This document shows, in pieces, positions 10,605-18,515 of a DNA stretch of 33,608 nucleotides; within the stretch, counting starts at the first letter, position 1, and the number at the start of each line of letters is the position of its first letter. The notes beneath the pieces are model-generated. The model was not told the DNA's origin. It made no database searches and worked only from the letters and a program-made list of their open reading frames with translations. The stretch spans positions 1 to 33,608 of the forward strand of contig JBOGKL010000312.1 in NCBI GenBank assembly GCA_050745525.1, read 5' to 3'. Made by a program: the position numbers and the translations under genes. The DNA is from Terriglobales bacterium (GTDB taxonomy: Bacteria > Acidobacteriota > Terriglobia > Terriglobales > SCQP01).

Positions 10605-12011
10605 ATGCCACAGCAGCAATCGTCGCCGCCATCATTGCCGCCAACGCCCAACCGCCTGCTGCAGCGCAGCTCGCTGATCGTGTACCTGCTCGTGGTGCTG
10701 GCCGTGCTGGTGATCATCAACGTGCTCGCCAACCGCCACGACACGAGTTGGGACTGGACGAAAAACCACAGCCATTCGCTGAGCGCCGAGTCGGTCAAAA
10801 TCATCTCGGGGCTGCACCAGCCGCTGCATATTATTCTCTTCGACCGCAGCGCGAACTTCGCTCCCGCCCGCCAGTTCTTCGATCGCTATCAGCGCCAGTC
10901 GCGCCTCGTGGACGTGCAATTCGTGGACCCGGACCGGCATCCGCAGATGGCGCGCCAGTACAAGATTCAGACCTACGGGTCCATTGTGATCTTCAGCGGC
11001 GGTCAGCAGCAGATCGTGACCAGCATGACCGAGCAGGACGTCACCAATGCCATCGTGCGCGTGCTCAAGGGTGCGAAGAAGGTCATCTACTTCGCCGCAG
11101 GGGACGGCGAGCGCTCGCCCGACGACAGCGGCCGCAACGGCTACAGTGCGCTGAAAACCGCTCTCGAGGCGGAAAACTTCACGGTCAAGCCGCTGGTGCT
11201 GGCGCAGACGCCCAAGGTCCCCGCTGATTGCGCTGCGCTGATCGTGGCCGGGCCCACGCACCCGCTGCTGCTGCCCGAGGTCACCGCCATCTCCAACTAC
11301 ATCAACGGCGGCGGCGACGCGCTGTTCCTGATCAGTCCGGAAACGTCTGGGCCGCTGGTCCAGTACCTGCAAACTTCGCTGAACGTAACGCTCACCCCCG
11401 ACGTGGTTGTGGACACCAGCGGCATCGGGCGCCTGTTCGGCGCCAGTGAATTGATGCCGGTGGTCGCGCATTACGACACCCATCCCATCACCGCCAACAT
11501 GAACGGCGTGGCCACGCTGTTTCCCTTCGCGCGCACGGTCGCGCCCGGCTCCCTCTCCAGCGCGCGCGCCATGGTGTCGCCGCTCGTCGAAACCAGCCCC
11601 GAAAGCTTCGCCACCACGCACTTCGCCAACAACCAGGTGCAGGTGGACCCGGCCACCGACCGCCACGGCCCGCTCACGCTGGGCGTGGCCGGAACGTTGC
11701 CCACCGTCTCCACCGGCCTGCAGAACGCCGGCGACAGCACCGAGGCGCGCTACGTCGTCTACGGCAGCCCCGACATCGTCTCCAACGCCATCATTGGTTT
11801 CCAGGGCAACCGCGACCTGTTCCTCAACACCATGGACTGGCTCGCCGGACAGAAGCAATTCATCACCATCCGGCCCAAGCCGCCCTCGGGCGCGCCGGTG
11901 AGCATCACCGCCGGACACATGCGCGGCTTGTTCTACCTGTTCCTCATCGGGCTGCCCTTGGTCATCATCCTGGCCGGCATCGGCATCAACCTAAAGCGGC
12001 GGGCGCTATGA
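10605..12011 (+). CDS. GldG-like ABC transporter auxiliary protein (N- and C-terminal TM anchors, large periplasmic domain)
   Basis: N-terminal TM SLIVYLLVVLAVLVIINVLA and C-terminal TM LFYLFLIGLPLVIILAGIGI. It sits directly after the ABC-2 ATPase/permease pair, as in GldA-F-G modules. Confidence 0.75.
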   Translation: MPQQQSSPPSLPPTPNRLLQRSSLIVYLLVVLAVLVIINVLANRHDTSWDWTKNHSHSLSAESVKIISGLHQPLHIILFDRSANFAPARQFFDRYQRQSRLVDVQFVDPDRHPQMARQYKIQTYGSIVIFSGGQQQIVTSMTEQDVTNAIVRVLKGAKKVIYFAAGDGERSPDDSGRNGYSALKTALEAENFTVKPLVLAQTPKVPADCAALIVAGPTHPLLLPEVTAISNYINGGGDALFLISPETSGPLVQYLQTSLNVTLTPDVVVDTSGIGRLFGASELMPVVAHYDTHPITANMNGVATLFPFARTVAPGSLSSARAMVSPLVETSPESFATTHFANNQVQVDPATDRHGPLTLGVAGTLPTVSTGLQNAGDSTEARYVVYGSPDIVSNAIIGFQGNRDLFLNTMDWLAGQKQFITIRPKPPSGAPVSITAGHMRGLFYLFLIGLPLVIILAGIGINLKRRAL

Positions 12012-12955
12012 AATCCTGGTGGCGGCTGATCGCAGCAGTTGTGGTGCTGATCGTCATCGTCGTCGTGCTCAACGTGCATCACAAGACCCCGACCGTTGTC
12101 TCCAAGCCGTTGGTGACGCTCACCGAATCGCAGGTGAACCGCATTGCCATCCAGCAGCCGGGCCAGCCCGAGGTCGTGCTCACCAAACTGGGCGCGAACT
12201 GGACGCTCGACCAGCCCTACCACTTTGCCGCCGAATCCTCCTCCGTCTCCAGCCTGCTCGATTCCCTCAGCGACATCACCGGCGCGCAAAAAGTCGCCAC
12301 CGTCACCCCCAGCGTGAAGCTGGCCGCGTTCGGTCTCGATACCAGCGTTAAGTCCGGCGGCCCGAGCACCGTGTCCTTGGGCCTGACCACCGGCAAGACC
12401 ATCACCTTTGAGTTCGGCAGCGATACCCCCACCGGCGGCAACACCTATTTGCGCCTGGGCGGCGCCGGTCCGGTCGAGATGGCCAGCGACTACGTAAAGA
12501 CCAACGCCCTGCAGTCGGCCTTCGCCATGCAAGACAAAACCGCGCTGCATTTCCCCAGCGGCCAAATCACCGCCATCACGATCGCGCAGCACGGCAAGAC
12601 GCTGCACTTCGCCAAAAGCAAAAACGCCTGGCCCAAGGCGCAGGTGAGCAGCATTAATTCGCTGCTCGATTCCTTAAGCGACGCACAGATGGACTCGATG
12701 GTGGCGCCCACGGCCGCGGCCGCCGCGCATCAGGCCGCTGCCGCCGGTCTCGCCCACCCCAACGCCTCGGTGACGCTCACTTGGCTGGGCGGCAAGGCGA
12801 CCCTCGACATTGGCGCCAAGACCGGCGCGGCCGAGTACTTCGCCCGCAACAGCTCCGGCCCCGCCATCTTCAAGATCAGCGACTACCTCATCACCGACGT
12901 CAACAACCTCACCACCCCCGCCCCTGCCCCCTCCGTCGTAAAAGCCGGCAAGTAA
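12008..12955 (+). CDS. DUF4340-like protein (single N-terminal TM anchor)
   Basis: ATGA-coupled to the GldG-like gene. N-terminal TM WWRLIAAVVVLIVIVVVL and a duplicated SLLDSLSD motif. The position after GldG-like genes is typical of DUF4340. Confidence 0.65.
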   Translation: MKSWWRLIAAVVVLIVIVVVLNVHHKTPTVVSKPLVTLTESQVNRIAIQQPGQPEVVLTKLGANWTLDQPYHFAAESSSVSSLLDSLSDITGAQKVATVTPSVKLAAFGLDTSVKSGGPSTVSLGLTTGKTITFEFGSDTPTGGNTYLRLGGAGPVEMASDYVKTNALQSAFAMQDKTALHFPSGQITAITIAQHGKTLHFAKSKNAWPKAQVSSINSLLDSLSDAQMDSMVAPTAAAAAHQAAAAGLAHPNASVTLTWLGGKATLDIGAKTGAAEYFARNSSGPAIFKISDYLITDVNNLTTPAPAPSVVKAGK

Positions 12956-12993
12956 CGCGTTAACCTGACCGCGCGTCATATAATTCGTGTGAC

Positions 12994-13218
12994 GTTGATT
13001 GGCGCGGGACTCGGCCGGCCTGCGTAAACGACGCACCGCGTCGTTTACCTCTCAGCCCGCTTGCAGCGGTCTGCAAGGGCGCTGCCTGGCCAAGCGTGGC
13101 CAGGCATCTCTCCTCCGGTCGCGCCGCTTCATTTGCCGGGGGCGGGTCGCCTCGCTCAGCTCCGCGGCTTTCGCGCTGGCCTTGCGCACGGTGCAAACAG
13201 CGCGCCCCCCGTGCGCAG
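12994..13218 (+). repeat. intergenic GC-rich multi-hairpin repeat, family copy A
   Basis: Shares three modules with 24075..24215: gttgattggcgcggg; ctcagcccgcttgcagcggtctgc..cgctgcctggcca....tggccaggca.ctctcct; and cacggtgcaaac.gcg.gccccccg.gcgca. It also contains perfect hairpins at 13024-13048 and 13083-13106. Confidence 0.6.
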
Positions 13219-13320
13219 ATTATTGCAAGAAAACTGCCGCCCTTAGCGGCGATAGCGACTCTAATGAAACGGGTAAATGGGTAATTGTCGGGCGTAGGTG
13301 CCGGCGATTGGAGGCTCAAA

Positions 13321-14088
13321 ATGCGCAAATTCTCTTTGCTTGTGGTGGCAGCTCTGCTTACCGGCTTGATCATGACGGCGGCGCCCACGGCCGTGCCGGC
13401 GCAGGTCGCTGTCGGCATTTCGGTGCGGATCGGGCCGCCGCCGCTGCGCGTACTCGCGGTGCAGCCGATCGCCCCCGGGCCGGGCTACCTCTGGACGCCG
13501 GGCTACTGGGCGTGGAGTCCGGCGGGCTACTACTGGGTTCCCGGTGCGTGGGAGCTGGCGCCGGCTCCGGGCCTGTTGTGGACGCCCGGATATTGGGGCT
13601 ATGGCGGGGACGCCTACGTCTGGCATGCCGGCTACTGGGGTCCCCACGTCGGCTTCTACGGCGGCATTAACTACGGCTTCGGATATTTTGGAAACGGCTT
13701 TGCCGGCGGCCACTGGGCGCGGGGTCGCTTCTACTACAACACCGCCGTGTGGCGGGTGAATCGGACCGTGATCCACACGACCTATGTGGACCGCACCGTG
13801 ATCCGCAACGTCCAGGATCGCCGCGTCAGCTACAACGGCGGGCCCGGCGGGATGCGTGCCCGCGCCAATGCCTCCGAAATGCGCTATGCGCGGGAGCGCC
13901 GCATGCAGGCGACGCCGGGGCAGACCCGGCGCGAGAGCCGTGCGCGCATGTCGACGCGGCAGAATGGGCGAGGGCGCAATCGCCAGCCGCAGGCGGAACG
14001 CCGCGACCAGCGCCGGGCAAAACCCAACAACAAGGGAAAAGATAAGCGCGAGAAAAAAGACGACCAGCGCGGTCCCGGCCGAATCTAA
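13321..14088 (+). CDS. secreted YXWGXW-repeat protein with a highly basic C-terminal tail
   Basis: GGAGG SD before the ATG at 13321. Signal peptide MRKFSLLVVAALLTGLIMTAAPTAVPAQV. Repeats GYLWTPGYWAW, GYYWVPGAW, LLWTPGYWGY and YVWHAGYWG. The C-terminal ~75 aa are R/K-rich. Confidence 0.75.
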   Translation: MRKFSLLVVAALLTGLIMTAAPTAVPAQVAVGISVRIGPPPLRVLAVQPIAPGPGYLWTPGYWAWSPAGYYWVPGAWELAPAPGLLWTPGYWGYGGDAYVWHAGYWGPHVGFYGGINYGFGYFGNGFAGGHWARGRFYYNTAVWRVNRTVIHTTYVDRTVIRNVQDRRVSYNGGPGGMRARANASEMRYARERRMQATPGQTRRESRARMSTRQNGRGRNRQPQAERRDQRRAKPNNKGKDKREKKDDQRGPGRI

Positions 14089-16076
14089 CCCCCTGCGCGG
14101 GTGAGGTGAAAGATCACTGCGGGCGGGTCCAGGCCGAGCTGCAAATAGTGATGGCGGCCGCGCCAGAGGCCGCGCGGCCCCGCCAGCAGGTCGTTGACGG
14201 TAAAGCCGTCGCCCAAGCCCAATTCCGGGCCGGGAATCTCGACCGCGCCCTCCTGCGTGCCGAACGGGTCCAGATTGACCGCGACCACCAGCACGTCCTC
14301 GTAACCTGGCGAGAAGCGGGCGTACACCAGCATCTGCGGGTTCTCGGCGCGCAAAAAGCGCAGCCCCTCGATGTGCTGCAGTGCCGGGTGCTCGCGGCGG
14401 ATGCGGTTCACCTTCGCGATCCAGTCCTTGATGTTGCCCGGCCGGTCCCAGTCCCAGACCTTGTACTGATACTTTTCTGAATCCGCGTACTCTTCCGTGC
14501 CCAGTAGCGCGCGCGCTTCGCACAGCTCGAAGCCGTTGTACATGCCCCAGGAGGGCGACAGCGTCGCGGCCAGAATCATGCGCTGCAGAAACGCCGGCCG
14601 TCCGCCGTGCTGCAAAATCTCCGGCAGAATGTCGGGCGTGTTGACGAAAAAGTTCGGGCGGAAGTACTCCCGGCCAGGCCCCAGGGCGAGTTCGGTGACG
14701 TACTCGCTCAACTCCTGCTTGCTGTTGCGCCAGGTGAAATAGGTATACGACTGCGAAAAGCCCAACTTGGCCAGCCGCTTCATCGGCTTGGGGCGGGTGA
14801 AGGCCTCGGCCAGAAACACCACGTCGGGATAGTGCTCCCGCACCTGCGCCAGCAGCCACGCCCAGAAGCTGAACGGCTTGGTATGCGGGTTGTCCACGCG
14901 AAAGATGCGCACGCCGTGCTCGGCCCAGAACAGCAGCACGCGGCGCAACTCAGCCGCCAGCGCCGGCGCTGACGGGCCGTCGAAGTTCAGCGGAAACACG
15001 TCCTCATAGCGTTTGGGCGGATTTTCCGCGTAGCGGATGCTGCCGTCGGGGCGGTGATAGAACCACTCCGGATGCTCCCCAACCCAGGGATGGTCGGGCG
15101 AACAGTTGAGGGCGAAATCGAGCGCTACTTCCATGCCGTGACGCGCGCAGGCGGCGACGAAGCGGTCGAAGCCGGCGAGCGTGCCCAGCCCCGGGTCCAC
15201 CGCGTCGTGACCGCCTCGAGCATTGCCGATGGCGTACGGGCTCCCTGGGTCCTCGGGGCGTGCCAGCAGCGCGTTGTTGCGCCCCTTGCGGTGCGTCTGG
15301 CCTACGGGATGAATGGGCGGCAGATAAATGACGTCAAAGCCCATGGCCGCGATTTCCGGCAACCGCGCTTCACATTCGGCGAAGGTGGCACTGCGATCCG
15401 GGTCGCTGCCCTGCGAGCGCGCAAACATCTCATACCAAGCGCCGCAGCGCGCCCGCGGCCGTTCGCACAGCACCTGCCAGGTCCGCTCCGTCGTCTGGCG
15501 CGCCGCCGGGTCGGGCCAGCGGCGGGCGGCGTCGAGCACCGCGGCAGCGAGAAGCGCCTGGGCGTCACCCGCTTTCGCGTCACCGGCGGCCGCGGCGCGC
15601 AGCAGCGCGGCATCGGCGGCGTGAAGTGCTCCACTGGGAATGCGGGCGGCCGCTTCCTGAGCCAGCGCCGCTCCGGCCACCAGATCGCTGGCGATATCCT
15701 GTCCCGCCGCCTGCTTGCGTTGGGTGTCCTGGCGCCAGCTTGCAAATATATCCACCCAGGCGGCAAAGCCGAACTCCCAAGTCCCAACTTCGTCCAGGAC
15801 CCACTCACCGCGCCAGCGGTCGTTATCCAACGCCACCATTGGGATTTCGCGCCAGGCTTTTGTGCCCGGAGCGCGCACGCGCAGCACCGCGGCCAAAAGT
15901 TCATGGCCATGCTGGTAAATGTCGGCGCTGGCCTCCATCGAGTCGCCCACGGTACGTTTCACTGCGAACGCGCCCCCGTCCACGCTCGGCCGAATACATT
16001 CCATGACGATGGAAGTGGGGCCGAATGGGGCCGCAGCTCCCCGCGTTTGTGGTGTGGTGCCGGAACGTCGTATCAT
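14085..16076 (-). CDS. glgE: alpha-1,4-glucan:maltose-1-phosphate maltosyltransferase
   Basis: Close by-eye match to GlgE blocks: FGAWYEMFARS, GFDVIYLPPIHPVGQTHRKGRNN, ENPPKRYEDVFPLNFD, FRVDNPHTKPFSFWAWL and FFVNTPDILPEILQ. An alternative ATG lies at 16004. Confidence 0.9.
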   Translation of the reverse strand: MIRRSGTTPQTRGAAAPFGPTSIVMECIRPSVDGGAFAVKRTVGDSMEASADIYQHGHELLAAVLRVRAPGTKAWREIPMVALDNDRWRGEWVLDEVGTWEFGFAAWVDIFASWRQDTQRKQAAGQDIASDLVAGAALAQEAAARIPSGALHAADAALLRAAAAGDAKAGDAQALLAAAVLDAARRWPDPAARQTTERTWQVLCERPRARCGAWYEMFARSQGSDPDRSATFAECEARLPEIAAMGFDVIYLPPIHPVGQTHRKGRNNALLARPEDPGSPYAIGNARGGHDAVDPGLGTLAGFDRFVAACARHGMEVALDFALNCSPDHPWVGEHPEWFYHRPDGSIRYAENPPKRYEDVFPLNFDGPSAPALAAELRRVLLFWAEHGVRIFRVDNPHTKPFSFWAWLLAQVREHYPDVVFLAEAFTRPKPMKRLAKLGFSQSYTYFTWRNSKQELSEYVTELALGPGREYFRPNFFVNTPDILPEILQHGGRPAFLQRMILAATLSPSWGMYNGFELCEARALLGTEEYADSEKYQYKVWDWDRPGNIKDWIAKVNRIRREHPALQHIEGLRFLRAENPQMLVYARFSPGYEDVLVVAVNLDPFGTQEGAVEIPGPELGLGDGFTVNDLLAGPRGLWRGRHHYLQLGLDPPAVIFHLTRAGG

Positions 16077-16088
16077 GAACCCATCCTA

Positions 16089-17678
16089 ATGCTCGGGGTG
16101 CAGCAGATACTGCAGGAAGTGACCTCGCTCGAGGGGCGGCGGTTTATTATTGTCTCCAACCGCCAGCCCTTCGCCCACGTGCGCCACAATGGCGGCGTAC
16201 GCGTGGAAAAGCCCCCGAGCGGGCTGACCCTGGCTCTCGAGCCCATTGTACAGGCCACGCGCGGCACTTGGATCGCCTCTTCCAGCGGCGATGCCGACGC
16301 CGAGCATGTGGACGCCAAAGGGCGCGTCGTGTCGCCGCCTCCGGGTGTGAATTACGCCCTGCGCCGCATTTTCCTGCCGCCACGGCTGCAGCAGGATTTT
16401 TACACCGGCTTTGCCAACTCCACGCTCTGGCCGCTGTGTCACATCGCCTATCATCAGCCGCGCTTCGAGGAGCGCTGGTGGAAGGCATTTCTGCAGGCCA
16501 ACCAGATTTTCGCCGATGCCGTCGCGGATGAAGTCAACGGCGACCCGGCCGTCATCTTCGTGCAGGATTTTCATCTCGCCGTTCTGCCCCTGCTGCTGCG
16601 CGAGCGCTGCCCGCAGGCGGTGATCGCGCAGTTCTGGCACATTCCCTGGCCCAATCCAGAAGCCTTCCGCATCTGCCCCTGGCGGCGCGACCTGTTGCGC
16701 GGCCTGCTCGGCAACGATCTGCTCGGCTTTCATCTCCCCTATCACGTCAACAATTTTCTCGACACCGTGGATCGCGAGTTGCAAGTGCGCGTGGACCGCG
16801 CCAGCAACTCGGTGGTGGGCGGGCGCAGCCGCACCAGCGTGGCGGCGTTCCCGATGAGCGTGGATTACCACCGCATTCAAGCCTCGGCGCGCGAGCCCGC
16901 CAGCACGCGCGAGTCCGAGCAGTTGCGCCAGAAGTATGTCCACAATGGCGAGCGCAAGCTCGTCATCAGCGTCGAGCGGCTGGACTATACCAAGGGCATC
17001 CGCGAGCGCCTGGAGGCGATCCAGCGGCTGTTCGAGCGCCATCCGGAATGGAAGCGTCGGGTGGATTTCGTGCAAATCGCCACCCCCAGCCGCACCACCG
17101 TGCGCGCGTACCGCGACTACGCCGCCGCCGTCGAGCGCACACTCGAGCGCGTGAACGCGCTCTTCGGCACCCCGGACTGGACGCCGGTGCGGCCGCTGCA
17201 CATCTACGTCGAGCCGGAGCGGGTGTGGAACTGGTACCAGGCCGCCGACGCGGTGATCGTCAGCTCGCTGCACGACGGCATGAACCTGGTGACCAAGGAA
17301 TTTGTGGCCGCCGGGCGCGAAGACGCGGTGCTGCTGTTGAGCGAGTTCACCGGCGCCGCGCGCGAGCTGCGCGAGGCGGTGCTAATCAACCCCTACGCCA
17401 CCGACAGTTTTGCTGATGCCATCGCCGAGGCGCTGGTCATGCCCACCGTCGAGCGCCAGGAGCGCATGCGGCGCCTGCGCTGGCGGGTATCGCATTATGA
17501 TATTGGGGTATGGGCGCGGGAGATTTTGCGTGCCATACGGCAACGCGAATTCGATGCTCAGGACCCCCACCTTTCTCTACCCCCCCTTTCGCCCGGCAGC
17601 GTCGAGCCTGACGCCGCTCAACGGCTGGCGGAGCAGGCTACGCCTCTCCTCGCGCACGCTCGTCGCCAGCGACTTTGA
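16089..17678 (+). CDS. otsA: alpha,alpha-trehalose-phosphate synthase (GT20)
   Basis: ATG at 16089 gives MLGVQQILQ...RRFIIVSNRQPF. Also GFANSTLWPLCH, VQDFHLAVLP, VERLDYTKGI and SSLHDGMNLVTKEF. The track extension 15054..16088 lies antisense to glgE and was rejected. Confidence 0.9.
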   Translation: MLGVQQILQEVTSLEGRRFIIVSNRQPFAHVRHNGGVRVEKPPSGLTLALEPIVQATRGTWIASSSGDADAEHVDAKGRVVSPPPGVNYALRRIFLPPRLQQDFYTGFANSTLWPLCHIAYHQPRFEERWWKAFLQANQIFADAVADEVNGDPAVIFVQDFHLAVLPLLLRERCPQAVIAQFWHIPWPNPEAFRICPWRRDLLRGLLGNDLLGFHLPYHVNNFLDTVDRELQVRVDRASNSVVGGRSRTSVAAFPMSVDYHRIQASAREPASTRESEQLRQKYVHNGERKLVISVERLDYTKGIRERLEAIQRLFERHPEWKRRVDFVQIATPSRTTVRAYRDYAAAVERTLERVNALFGTPDWTPVRPLHIYVEPERVWNWYQAADAVIVSSLHDGMNLVTKEFVAAGREDAVLLLSEFTGAARELREAVLINPYATDSFADAIAEALVMPTVERQERMRRLRWRVSHYDIGVWAREILRAIRQREFDAQDPHLSLPPLSPGSVEPDAAQRLAEQATPLLAHARRQRL

Positions 17679-18441
17679 CGGCACGCTCGCCCCGATCGTG
17701 GACGACCCCGGCGCGGCCGTCCCGCTGCCCGGCATCGTCGAGGTGCTGACGGAGCTGGCCGCACGCCGTGACCTGCGCGTCGCCGTCGTCAGCGGCCGCT
17801 CGCTCGAGGATGTGCGCACCCGTTGTCCGGTGCCCGGCTGCTGGTACGTAGGCGGCCACGGCAATGAGACCAGCGCCGCAGCCGCGCCCATCAATGGCCC
17901 CGCCGCCGGCCTTGAAGCCGCTGCTGCGCCCGCGCCCGTAAACAACCAGGCGGTGCGCCGCCGTCTGGGCGAGATCGCCGCCCAGGTGGCGGCGCGCCTG
18001 CCGCAGTGGCCGGGCGTGCGCCTGGAAGCCAAACCGTTTTCCCTGGCCGCGCACTTCCGCCAGGCGCCGCAATGGGAAGCCCCCCTGCGCGCCCTGTTGT
18101 CCCGCTTGGCCTCGGGCGGCGAATTCCGCCTCCTCTCCGGCCGCCAGGTCATTGAATTGCTGCCCGCTGCCGCGCTCACCAAGGGCCACGCCGTCGAGCG
18201 CCTGCGTTCGCGGCTCAACTGCGATTTGGCCTTCTATTTCGGCGACGATGCGACCGACGAGGATGTGTTTCGGCTCCCCGATGCGCGCCTCATCGGAGTC
18301 AAGGTGGCCAGCGCGGAAACCCCCGGCCCCACCGCCGCCGCCTACCGGGTGGCTTCGCCGGGCCAGGTTCTCTCAGCCTTGCGCGAAATCGCCGAGTTGC
18401 GACAAGCCGCGACAACTGGTATCGTTCCGGGAAAGAAATAG
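17554..18441 (+). CDS. otsB: trehalose-phosphatase (HAD superfamily)
   Basis: Motif I VASDFDGTLAPIVDDP, VVSGRSLEDV and FGDDATDEDVF. The start is uncertain: the first ATG (17554) overlaps otsA by 125 nt in a different frame. Confidence 0.78.
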   Translation: MLRTPTFLYPPFRPAASSLTPLNGWRSRLRLSSRTLVASDFDGTLAPIVDDPGAAVPLPGIVEVLTELAARRDLRVAVVSGRSLEDVRTRCPVPGCWYVGGHGNETSAAAAPINGPAAGLEAAAAPAPVNNQAVRRRLGEIAAQVAARLPQWPGVRLEAKPFSLAAHFRQAPQWEAPLRALLSRLASGGEFRLLSGRQVIELLPAAALTKGHAVERLRSRLNCDLAFYFGDDATDEDVFRLPDARLIGVKVASAETPGPTAAAYRVASPGQVLSALREIAELRQAATTGIVPGKK

Positions 18442-18515
18442 CTGCACGCGGAGCCCAATCCGCCGTAGGCTGGTAGTTGCGGTTGCTGTAAGGCGGTCCG
18501 TGGAGGACCCTTGGC

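Noticed and set aside
12253-12690. Internal DNA/protein repeat in the DUF4340 gene (SLLDSLSDITGAQ near 12250 vs SLLDSLSDAQMDS near 12660).
   Set aside because: It is consistent with the known repeated-domain architecture of DUF4340 proteins and is not an independent element.
13223-13265. Sigma70-like promoter upstream of the YXWGXW gene (ttgcaa at 13223-13228; tctaat near 13259-13264).
   Set aside because: The spacing between the candidate -35 and any -10-like hexamer is wrong (13, 22 or about 30 nt), and promoter consensus for this lineage is uncertain. The evidence is too weak to annotate.
14085-14088. Convergent genes with overlapping or abutting stop codons and no terminator: YXWGXW/glgE here, plus 20730..20736 (trx-like/cytochrome c) and 26255..26261 (hydrolase/rluB).
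   Set aside because: This is real but common in compact GC-rich genomes. On its own it indicates no novel function, so it is mentioned only in passing.
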